Source of the DNA: Candidatus Tagabacteria bacterium CG_4_10_14_0_2_um_filter_40_13
GTDB taxonomy: Bacteria; Patescibacteriota; Minisyncoccia; GCA-002779875
Assembly (NCBI GenBank): GCA_002792165.1
Contig: PFNV01000040.1
Span: 1 to 57,996, forward strand
DNA length: 57,996 nucleotides
Direction: 5' to 3'
Shown here: piece by piece, positions 8,303-16,084 of the stretch
How the letters are laid out: every line of letters begins with the position of its first letter
Position numbering within the stretch: the first letter of the stretch is position 1
The notes under the pieces: generated by a model
The model's database searches: none
Told to the model about the DNA's origin: nothing
Seen by the model: only the letters and a program-made list of their open reading frames with translations
Position numbers and translations under genes: made by a program

Positions 8303-8809
8303 TTTTTCAAATTTTCTGGCGATGAAGTTTTGGACGATGCCCAATTTTAGATATTTTTCTCGCGCAGTTTTCGGCAGATATTTGAAATCTTTGATAATTT
8401 TGCGGCAGTTTTTCTGATGGCATCTGCATTTCATAGTCCAATCGTCTTCATCCATTGTCGTGGAATAATCATATCTTATTTCTTCATCTATATATATATT
8501 CTTAATGGCAATGAGTATTTTATCATTTTTGATTCCGGCATTGGGATTACAGGAATGATTTACTAATACTCCTGGTTTTTCTATATTAATGTATTTATTA
8601 TTTCCTATTTGTAGAAAATCGCCCCATCGGTATTTTTTTACTTTCTTATTTCTTTTTTCAGTAAATTCAGAATTTATTTTTCGCCCTTTGAATTTTAAAA
8701 TTACCTCGTTCTTTTTGATAGGTATTTTTGCAAAGACGCCTACTCCGACATCGGTACCGGCTATATAATATTTTTGTGTAATTTTACGCATATGCGGGAT
8801 TTTACACAT
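8300..8809 (-). CDS. SET-domain protein (putative protein-lysine methyltransferase)
   Basis: VNHSCNPN (NHSC) block, IRYDY (..YDY) block and a Cys-rich tail CRCHQKNC. The alternative start at 8791 would remove the 8-nt overlap with def. Confidence 0.7.
   Translation of the reverse strand: MCKIPHMRKITQKYYIAGTDVGVGVFAKIPIKKNEVILKFKGRKINSEFTEKRNKKVKKYRWGDFLQIGNNKYINIEKPGVLVNHSCNPNAGIKNDKILIAIKNIYIDEEIRYDYSTTMDEDDWTMKCRCHQKNCRKIIKDFKYLPKTAREKYLKLGIVQNFIARKFEK
8774..8808. repeat. 35-bp hairpin element E, copy 1 (at the def stop / SET start)
   Basis: TTGTGTAATTTTACGCATATGCGGGATTTTACACA. 31/35 identical to 28080..28114. Arms TGTGTAA/TTACACA around a CGCATATGCG palindrome. Confidence 0.75.
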
Positions 8810-9350
8810 TTTGCGACTGATTATTTTGAGGGAGTATTCTTTTTAAGGCGAGCGCTTTATCAGTGAACAAAATGCCGTCCAAGTGGTCTATTTCATGTTG
8901 AATTACCTGGCTGAATAAGCCGGATGCGCCTCTGGTGAATTTTTTGCCGCTTTCATTGTAAGCCTCCACTTTTACTTTTTCGAACCGCTTAATCGCGCCG
9001 TAAATATTGATTACGCTTAAACAGCCTTCCGTGAGCATTTTTTGTCCGCGTGATTTTTTGATTATTTTAGGATTTATAAAAACAATATAGCCGTAATTTT
9101 CTTTTTTATCCTCCTTGGTATGGGAAGACAGAATATATTCCGTAACGACGAAAATGCGCAGAGATTTTCCGATTTGCGGCGCCGCGGCGGCAACCGCCTC
9201 TTCATTTTCAGAAATTGCTTTTTTCAATCTTCCGATGACATTACGAATCTCCTTGCTTTGAATGTTTTGGGCAGGAATTTCTTCGGCAATTTTTCTCAAA
9301 ATATCATTTCCTTTTTGGATTATGGTAATTTTTGAATTTTGATTTTTCAT
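8802..9350 (-). CDS. def: peptide deformylase
   Basis: AAPQIG, EGCLS and QHEIDHLDG motifs. Confidence 0.9.
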   Translation of the reverse strand: MKNQNSKITIIQKGNDILRKIAEEIPAQNIQSKEIRNVIGRLKKAISENEEAVAAAAPQIGKSLRIFVVTEYILSSHTKEDKKENYGYIVFINPKIIKKSRGQKMLTEGCLSVINIYGAIKRFEKVKVEAYNESGKKFTRGASGLFSQVIQHEIDHLDGILFTDKALALKRILPQNNQSQNV

Positions 9351-9363
9351 TTTACCTATTTTA

Positions 9364-9843
9364 TTATTTATAATTTGTTTCCGTAATCTGCGTTCTTTCC
9401 TGGCAAGTGAGCGGTTTCACTTTTTCTGAGAGATCAGCTTTCAGTTTTTGAAGAGTCGCCAGCATCTCGTCGGTCTCACGTTTTATTTTTTTATTGCTGG
9501 GCTTATTGTCAATATATTGATTCGCCAATTGTTCAAGACTATTATAAAAACCGTATTCTTTGTGGCTGGCATTTATAAAATCGCGGATAATTTCTTTGCA
9601 AAGCGCCGCGCCGATTGTCGGCTGCATGTTTCTTTTCTCCTTCAAAAACCAGATAAACAGCATTTCAATCTGAAATTTCGAAAGATGCCGCAAGGCATTT
9701 TTTATGAGACTGCCGTCTTTAAAGCGCGTGAAATAAGGCTTATTTTTACGGATTGCTTCGCAATATTTTTGGAACGAATTCATAAGGGCATTTGTCGGCG
9801 CCTTCGGCTCTTCGATTTTTTTTGTTCCTTTTTTCTTCTTCAT
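9364..9843 (-). CDS. hypothetical protein (159 aa, basic N-terminus)
   Basis: ORF only. Abuts the upstream PEGA gene (stop at 9844) and lies 13 nt before def. No motif recognised. Confidence 0.5.
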   Translation of the reverse strand: MKKKKGTKKIEEPKAPTNALMNSFQKYCEAIRKNKPYFTRFKDGSLIKNALRHLSKFQIEMLFIWFLKEKRNMQPTIGAALCKEIIRDFINASHKEYGFYNSLEQLANQYIDNKPSNKKIKRETDEMLATLQKLKADLSEKVKPLTCQERTQITETNYK

Positions 9844-10893
9844 TTATTCCAAATTGACGGCAAAAAGAACGCCGCTATCGAGCACATAAACTTTTTTTAC
9901 AGAAGAGAAAAGGGCGAATCTTGGATCCTTCCCTTTGTATATCGGTTGCATAATTCTTCCCCCTCTTCCGTCTATTTCAAGGGCAAAAACGTTGTTTTGC
10001 ACAGAAGCTATGATAATGTCTTTTCTTCCCGGGAAAAAATCCACATTCTTTACGGGAAATTTGAAACTCGATATCAAATAATTTGTTGATTCGCACGACT
10101 TGATATCACAAAGATAATAAGGAATCAACGTTTTATCTTTCAACCATTCAACCCAAACTTCATTTGTTTTATTATCGAACCAAAGCCGTTCCGTATTTTG
10201 GCTGTTGAATTTCTGATATTTATGATTGACGGTAATTTTTACATCCGGCTCTCGCGATGCGCTTACAGTTCCTTTATTGAGATCAAAAGTCGCCCGGATC
10301 GTAGTTTTCCAGCCTTTTAGAACAACGGAGCCGTTTTCCCAGAAAATTTCTGAAATACCTCCTGCAAAAGTAAGAAGTTTAGTGGTTGTCGCGGATGTGT
10401 TCGTCAAAAACGTGTTTGTTTCAGGCAAATAAAAGATTACCTCTTTTCCTTCAGGTTTATTTTCTTCCAAAAAGAGAATCTTATCATAGGGCGAAGCCCA
10501 TACCGAGAAAAAATCTCCTTTTAAAAGAACTAAGCCTTCCGGAGTTTGAGGAATTAAAAATGCCCTGGCTTCTACCACAAGTCCTTCTTTGACGTTCAAA
10601 ACTTTTTGCCAAGGCCAATATCCTTCTTTGGTAACAGCAACCTGATAGTTTCCTTCCGCAAGATTTTGCAAAAATAAACCGCTTTGAAAAATATTGGTTT
10701 CTTTTTCTTTTTTATTTTCCACTAAAATCTCCGCTCCCGTAACCGGCGAGGCAATATATAATCCGCCGGTCCGCCCGAACTTGAATTGGCTGTTTATTCT
10801 GTAGCCGAGAGTATAAAGAAGCAATGCCGGAGCCAAGATAAAAAAAGTTAAAGACAAAAAAGCTATAATTATGCGTCTTTTTCGGAGTGTCAT
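9844..10893 (-). CDS. PEGA-domain-like membrane-anchored protein
   Basis: N-terminal TM segment (IIIAFLSLTFFILAPALLLY), then ..GAEILVENK...LAEGNYQVAVTKEGYWPW.., a PEGA-like beta module. Confidence 0.5.
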   Translation of the reverse strand: MTLRKRRIIIAFLSLTFFILAPALLLYTLGYRINSQFKFGRTGGLYIASPVTGAEILVENKKEKETNIFQSGLFLQNLAEGNYQVAVTKEGYWPWQKVLNVKEGLVVEARAFLIPQTPEGLVLLKGDFFSVWASPYDKILFLEENKPEGKEVIFYLPETNTFLTNTSATTTKLLTFAGGISEIFWENGSVVLKGWKTTIRATFDLNKGTVSASREPDVKITVNHKYQKFNSQNTERLWFDNKTNEVWVEWLKDKTLIPYYLCDIKSCESTNYLISSFKFPVKNVDFFPGRKDIIIASVQNNVFALEIDGRGGRIMQPIYKGKDPRFALFSSVKKVYVLDSGVLFAVNLE

Positions 10894-10940
10894 AATGGCT
10901 TTATTTTACCGAAAATAGTTAAAAATTCAAGGTTTTTAAG

Positions 10941-10976
10941 AAAACAAAAATCCCGGTTCTTTTCAGAGTCGGGATT
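10941..10976 (-). terminator. rho-independent terminator (minus strand)
   Basis: AATCCCG / CGGGATT 7-bp stem with a 14-nt loop, followed on the minus strand by TTTTTGTTTT. Confidence 0.6.
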
Positions 10977-11008
10977 GGTCTTTCGGTTTAAATAAAAAGC
11001 GGCCAGTT

Positions 11009-11125
11009 TTAATCTTTCTGTTTTTTTAATTTACTTAATTTGCCGCGGATTTTAAAAAGGTACTCGTAGAAAACGAGTGAAAACAGAAAGATTTCAAGGG
11101 TTAGATTCTGCAGCAACCTTTTCAT
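11009..11125 (-). CDS. 38-aa hydrophobic micro-protein candidate
   Basis: MKRLLQNLTLEIFLFSLVFYEYLFKIRGKLSKLKKQKD. AAGGAG SD 6 nt upstream and a terminator 30 nt downstream. Not in the ORF track because it is under 60 aa. Confidence 0.4.
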   Translation of the reverse strand: MKRLLQNLTLEIFLFSLVFYEYLFKIRGKLSKLKKQKD

Positions 11126-11203
11126 TTTTTCTCCTTTTCAAGGCGTATTTTGTTCCGAAGATAGGTTATCATAAAGCCATGAATCTGTCAATAGTGGATA
11201 GAA

Positions 11204-11232
11204 TTGAAAAGATGGTCAATAGGTCATAGAAT
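11204..11232 (+). promoter_or_regulatory. candidate promoter of murA
   Basis: TTGAAA (11204..11209), 17 nt spacer, TAGAAT (11227..11232). The GTG start lies only 6 nt downstream. Confidence 0.45.
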
Positions 11233-11238
11233 ATTAAG

Positions 11239-12513
11239 GTGGAAAATGAAAAATTTATCATTCAAGGTTTAGAAGGACAAAGAGCCTTTGAGGGGAAAAT
11301 ACCGGTTAGAGGCGCGAAAAACGCAGTTCTTAAAACTTTTGCCGCCTCGCTTCTTTTTGGCAACGAGATTCGCGTAGATAATGTTCCTTTTATTCAAGAC
11401 ATTGCGAATATGAATGAGCTTCTTAGGCATTTGGGTGTGGGAGTCGAGCGGATTGAAGAAAAGTCTTTTGTTTTAAATTCACCCGATGCTATAGGCACGG
11501 ATCTTTGCGGAGATATCGCAAAATCTTTTCGTTCCTCAATAGTTTTGACCGGTCCTATTCTTGCAAGAGAAGGAAAGGTAATCTTTCCTCATCCCGGCGG
11601 ATGCGTTATCGGTGAACGGCCCATTGATATTTTTTTGGAAAGTTTTAAAAAAATGGGAGCTGATATTGATATGCATGACCGGCAATATGTTATTTCCGCG
11701 GATAAGCTGGCTGGCGCGGAAATAGTTTTTAAAATTCCGAGCGTTACCGCAACCGAGACTTTGATGATGACTGCGACCTTGGTTCCCGGGAAAACGATTT
11801 TACATAATGTTGCTTGCGAGCCGGAAATAGTCGCTTTAGCCGATTTTTTAAATACAGGCGGCGCGGATATAAGCGGAGCCGGATCGCATACAATAGTTAT
11901 TAAAGGCCGCGATTCTTTATTGAAAAGCAAAGAGCCTTACCAGACGCCGCCTGACCGTATTGAAGCGGGAAGCTTTGCTATTTTAGCCGCAGTTTGCGGT
12001 AAGGATATTGAAATCACTGATTGTAAGCCTGATCATCTTAGGGTTTTTCTTCGCACATTCGACAATGCCGGAGTGAATTTCGAGACAACCGAAAATAGTA
12101 TTCGCATCAAAATGTCCCCGCAATTAAATGCGATTAATGTTAAAACGCATGAATATCCGGGTATTCCGACGGATCTTCAATCTCCATTAGCAGTGTTTTT
12201 GACCCAAGCTTCAGGCAGAAGCCTTATTTTTGAAACTGTTTTTGAGAGCCGTTTGGATTACTTGAGCGAATTATCTAGAATGGGAGCAGACGTGATGATC
12301 TGTGATCCTCACCGTGCTTTTATTACAGGAGTCACCCCTTTAAGGGGACGCGAAATAGAGAGCCCTGATTTGAGAGCGGGTTTAGCTTTTATCATTGCCG
12401 CATTAGTTGCGAAAGGAGAATCAATCGTACATAATATTCATAATATCGATAGGGGATATGAAAATATCGAAGAGCGCCTTCAAATGGTCGGCGCAGATAT
12501 AAAAAGAATATGA
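11239..12513 (+). CDS. murA: UDP-N-acetylglucosamine 1-carboxyvinyltransferase
   Basis: GAKNAVLK block and the catalytic-loop GGCVIGERPID block. 424 aa. GTG start. Confidence 0.9.
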   Translation: MENEKFIIQGLEGQRAFEGKIPVRGAKNAVLKTFAASLLFGNEIRVDNVPFIQDIANMNELLRHLGVGVERIEEKSFVLNSPDAIGTDLCGDIAKSFRSSIVLTGPILAREGKVIFPHPGGCVIGERPIDIFLESFKKMGADIDMHDRQYVISADKLAGAEIVFKIPSVTATETLMMTATLVPGKTILHNVACEPEIVALADFLNTGGADISGAGSHTIVIKGRDSLLKSKEPYQTPPDRIEAGSFAILAAVCGKDIEITDCKPDHLRVFLRTFDNAGVNFETTENSIRIKMSPQLNAINVKTHEYPGIPTDLQSPLAVFLTQASGRSLIFETVFESRLDYLSELSRMGADVMICDPHRAFITGVTPLRGREIESPDLRAGLAFIIAALVAKGESIVHNIHNIDRGYENIEERLQMVGADIKRI

Positions 12514-13523
12514 ACTTTTTCGTAAGAAAATTAGGAATAGATTTGGGAACAGCAAACTCGCTAGTTTTTGTGCCCGGCAGAGGAGTTGTTTTGAACGAAC
12601 CATCGGTAGTGGCTGTTTTGGTTCCGGAAAACAAAGTTTTGGCCGTTGGCAATGAAGCTAAAGCAATGATCGGAAAAACACCGGATACAATTATCGCGTA
12701 TCGCCCTCTTAAAGACGGTGTAATTGCCGATTACCGCGTTACGGAAAGCATGATGCGGTTTTTCATAAAAAAATCTCTCGGCAAGTGGAATTTATTCAAG
12801 CCTGAAATTATGATTTCAGTTCCCGCAAGCGTTACTTCAACCGAAAGACGTGCAGTTATTGAAGCTACCGTTAAAGCCGGCGCTAAATCCGCTTACGTGG
12901 TTAAGGAACCGATTTTAGCCGCCATCGGTTCGGGTATTCCGATACAGGAAGCGCGCGGACACATGGTTGTTGAAATTGGCGGTGGAACAGCTGATATTGC
13001 CGTAATTTCTCTTGGCGGTATTGTTTGTGACGCTTCGATGAAAGTGGCCGGCAACGCCATTGATCAGGCGATTGCCGATTATATCAAAAAAACTTTTAAT
13101 CTTGCCATTGGAGACCAAACGGCGGAAGAAATAAAGATTGCCGTTGGTTCTGCGGTTCCTTTGGAAAACGAATTGAAATATAGAATAAAAGGCCGCGATT
13201 TTCTGACCGGCCTCCCTCGGAGCACAGAGATTTCCAGTAATGAAATATTGAAGGCGATTGAAGGAGAATTAAAGGATATTATGAAGGCAATCAAAAATGT
13301 TTTGCACGAAACGCCGCCGGAACTTTCTTCGGATATTATCGACCGGGGCATAAGCATGTCGGGCGGCGGCTCTCTTTTGAGAAATATTTGCGAATTAGTG
13401 TATCAATCGACCGGCGTAAGAGCTCATCTTGTTGAGGAACCGCTTTTTGCGGTTGCAAAAGGAACGGGCATTGCTTTGGAGCATTTAGACGGTTATAAGC
13501 GCGGCATCATTTCCAAACGTTAA
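12510..13523 (+). CDS. mreB: rod-shape protein MreB (copy 1)
   Basis: GIDLGTANS, NEPSVVA and EIGGGTADIA actin-fold motifs. The ATG overlaps the murA TGA (ATGA). Confidence 0.9.
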   Translation: MNFFVRKLGIDLGTANSLVFVPGRGVVLNEPSVVAVLVPENKVLAVGNEAKAMIGKTPDTIIAYRPLKDGVIADYRVTESMMRFFIKKSLGKWNLFKPEIMISVPASVTSTERRAVIEATVKAGAKSAYVVKEPILAAIGSGIPIQEARGHMVVEIGGGTADIAVISLGGIVCDASMKVAGNAIDQAIADYIKKTFNLAIGDQTAEEIKIAVGSAVPLENELKYRIKGRDFLTGLPRSTEISSNEILKAIEGELKDIMKAIKNVLHETPPELSSDIIDRGISMSGGGSLLRNICELVYQSTGVRAHLVEEPLFAVAKGTGIALEHLDGYKRGIISKR

Positions 13524-13532
13524 AATTAAAGT

Positions 13533-14246
13533 ATGAACCCAATTTTAAAAGCTCATTGCGAGACCGGACATTTTAGCCACGGTTATTTACTGATTGGCGA
13601 CCGTGAAAAATCGTTGATTTCCGGCCGAAAGGCAGCCGCAATTTTGCTGAATTATAAAGAATCTGCCCTCGCCTCCCATCCCGATTTTTACGAAAAATTT
13701 TTCGATTTTTTTAAATTGGAACAGAGCAATGATTTAAAAAGAAAACTTTCAATAAAACCGATTCTCGCCGAAAGAAAAGTGTTTTTACTGGGGATCAATT
13801 CTTTTGACCACGAAGCGGTGAATGGCCTTTCAAAAATTATAGAAGATTCTCCCGAAGATTGTTATTTTTTCTTTATGACAGATTTTCTCGAAGATGTACC
13901 CGTTGTTGTTCGCTCAAAACTGGTTAATCTTTTTGAAGAAGGAAGTTTTGAGTTAAGTAAAGAAAGGCGAGATTTTTACGAAAAATTTTTGATAACAAAT
14001 CCGGCTGAGCGCTTTACTTTGGCAAAAAATGCCGCATCCGACAAAAAAAACGCGCTTGAATTTCTCAATGAAGTGGAAATTATTCTCAGCGAGAAAATAA
14101 AAGAAGAACATTCGCCCGAAATTTTTAAAAGTCTTCTTTATTCGCTCGAGGAATTGCAGGTCAACCGTCGTTTTCTTTTTGACCGTGTTTCACTGCCGAA
14201 AATGATAATTGAACATTTTGCCCTTATTTTGCCGCAATTGAGATAG
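13533..14246 (+). CDS. holB: DNA polymerase III delta-prime-like protein (degenerate, no intact P-loop)
   Basis: HGYLLIGD resembles the HAYLF.G block. Size and position fit. No GxGK Walker A is visible. Confidence 0.45.
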   Translation: MNPILKAHCETGHFSHGYLLIGDREKSLISGRKAAAILLNYKESALASHPDFYEKFFDFFKLEQSNDLKRKLSIKPILAERKVFLLGINSFDHEAVNGLSKIIEDSPEDCYFFFMTDFLEDVPVVVRSKLVNLFEEGSFELSKERRDFYEKFLITNPAERFTLAKNAASDKKNALEFLNEVEIILSEKIKEEHSPEIFKSLLYSLEELQVNRRFLFDRVSLPKMIIEHFALILPQLR

Positions 14247-14275
14247 CGCGAAATAATTGTTAGAATACATATTAT

Positions 14276-14827
14276 ATGCCCTACTATTTATCGCCATTAA
14301 AAAGAAAATTGCCGGAAATTAAGGATTGGCTTCAAAAAGAGCTTTCCTTGCTTCGAACCGGCCGCGCTTCGCCGGCGCTTTTAGACGGTATTTCCGTAGA
14401 CTATTACGGCGCGAAACAGCCGCTCAAACATCTCGGTGCCATCAGTACGGAAGATGCGAGGACCTTGCGCTTCAAGCCGTGGGATATTGCTTTAATTCAT
14501 CAGATAGAACAGGAGATTCGATACGCCAATTTGGGTCTGCAGCCGGTCGCCGAAAAAGATTCTCTTCGCATTATTTTTCCGGAATTAACGCAGGAGCGCC
14601 GGAAAGCGCTTCTTAAAGTAATTTCCGAAAAATTGGAGCAATCGAGAATTTCCTTGCGGCAATTGAGAGATGAATACTGGCGCGCGATTCAAGATCAGGA
14701 GAGGGAAGGGAAAATCAGCGAAGACGACAAATTCAGAAGCAAAGATGAATTACAGAAAATGATTGACTTAATCACGAAAGAACTGGAACAAATGGCTTTA
14801 GCGAAAGAAAAGGAAATTCAAGGTTAG
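14276..14827 (+). CDS. frr: ribosome recycling factor
   Basis: LRTGRASPALLDGI.V.YYG block. 183 aa. Confidence 0.9.
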   Translation: MPYYLSPLKRKLPEIKDWLQKELSLLRTGRASPALLDGISVDYYGAKQPLKHLGAISTEDARTLRFKPWDIALIHQIEQEIRYANLGLQPVAEKDSLRIIFPELTQERRKALLKVISEKLEQSRISLRQLRDEYWRAIQDQEREGKISEDDKFRSKDELQKMIDLITKELEQMALAKEKEIQG

Positions 14828-14866
14828 ATAATTATCAATGATAACATTTTTTATAATTCCTAGCGA

Positions 14867-14898
14867 GCCGCAAGTGAAAGATTGCTTTCATTTGCGGC
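14867..14898 (+). promoter_or_regulatory. 14-bp-stem hairpin in the frr-rseP spacer
   Basis: GCCGCAAGTGAAAG-attg-CTTTCATTTGCGGC with one G.U pair and no U-tract after it. TATAAT lies at 14852..14857 just upstream. Confidence 0.4.
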
Positions 14899-14920
14899 GA
14901 GTAACGGAATTTCAAGCGCC

Positions 14921-16084
14921 ATGACAGTGCTTATATTTATTGCTGTTTTAGCAGTGTTGGTTCTTTCCCATGAATTTGGGCATTTTATTTTCGCGAAAAA
15001 AGCGGGTTTGCGCGTTGAAGAATTCGGCTTTGGTTTTCCGCCAAGATTACTGGGCGTTCAAAGGATAAATAAGGAGAAAAGGTGGCGTTTTATATGGGGT
15101 CCAAGACAAGAGAAGGAATCGGAAAAAGAATCTGAAGAAGGCGACACGGTTTACTCTGTGAATATGATACCTTTGGGCGGGTTTGTGAGAATTCACGGAG
15201 AAAACGGAGGGGAAGTCGAAGATAAAAAAAGTTTCGGTTCTCAACCGCTTTATATCCGCGCCTTGATTCTTGTAGCCGGAGTTTTTTTTAATTTACTTTT
15301 GGCATGGCCTGTTTTAACGGCAGGTTTTTTAATTGGGACGCCAGCCAGCGTCAATGGGGGAAATATCAGCGGAGGAACATTAACCGAAAAAGGGGTAATG
15401 ATACTTGAAGTCCAAAAAGGTACTTCTGCCGAAGCGGCAGGTTTGAAAGAAGGAGATTATCTTTTGCGTTTTATATCAAAAGACAACGATATACTTCAGG
15501 TTTCTGACGAAAAAAGTGTGCAGGATTTTATCGCAAAATATGCCGGCGCGGAAATCACAATAGATTATTTAAGGGGTAAAAAAGAATTTTCGGCCAAAGC
15601 AATTCCTTCAGTCAAACCCGAAGCAGGAAAAGGAAGTTTGGGAATCGCGATGGAGAGAGTTGGCATTATGAAACTTCCTTTTCATTTGGCAGTATGGGAA
15701 GGTTTAAAATCAACTATCAGATTAACGGTTATGATTTCAAAAGCGCTTTTTGCCTTTTTCGGCGATCTTTTCACGGAAAGAAAAATGATAGTGCAACTTT
15801 CCGGACCTGTTGGGATAGCGGGAATGCTTGGCAGCGCGGCGCAAACAGGTTTTGTCTTTTTTCTCCAGCTGGTTGCCGTGCTTTCGATACATCTTGCTTT
15901 GATTAATATCATACCTTTTCCGGCTCTTGATGGCGGGCGTCTTCTTTTTTTGGCCATAGAATTTGTCAAAGGAAAGCCGATAAGTCAAAAAGTCTCAAAT
16001 ATTGCGCATAATATAGGATTTGCTATGCTTATTTTATTGATGCTTATTATCACTTATCGGGATATTTTAAAACTAGTTAAATGA
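14921..16084 (+). CDS. rseP: RIP metalloprotease RseP (M50 site-2 protease)
   Basis: HEFGHF zinc motif, PDZ-like middle, NIIPFPALDGG block. ATG 14921 chosen; the ORF is open from 14882. Confidence 0.85.
   Translation: MTVLIFIAVLAVLVLSHEFGHFIFAKKAGLRVEEFGFGFPPRLLGVQRINKEKRWRFIWGPRQEKESEKESEEGDTVYSVNMIPLGGFVRIHGENGGEVEDKKSFGSQPLYIRALILVAGVFFNLLLAWPVLTAGFLIGTPASVNGGNISGGTLTEKGVMILEVQKGTSAEAAGLKEGDYLLRFISKDNDILQVSDEKSVQDFIAKYAGAEITIDYLRGKKEFSAKAIPSVKPEAGKGSLGIAMERVGIMKLPFHLAVWEGLKSTIRLTVMISKALFAFFGDLFTERKMIVQLSGPVGIAGMLGSAAQTGFVFFLQLVAVLSIHLALINIIPFPALDGGRLLFLAIEFVKGKPISQKVSNIAHNIGFAMLILLMLIITYRDILKLVK

Noticed and set aside
9448-10089. 213-aa + strand ORF
   Set aside because: It lies antisense to, and fully inside, two well-supported minus-strand genes (9364..9843 and 9844..10893). 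Its low-complexity Phe/Ile/Lys-rich composition is typical of a shadow ORF.
12510-12513. Alternative genetic code (UGA recoding, as in some candidate phyla)
   Set aside because: TGA terminates murA exactly at the ATGA overlap with mreB, and long conserved ORFs are intact under code 11. There is no sign of in-frame TGA inside conserved genes.
14326-14616. 96-aa Arg/Ala-rich + strand ORF
   Set aside because: It is an alternative frame inside frr, and frr is the conserved reading.
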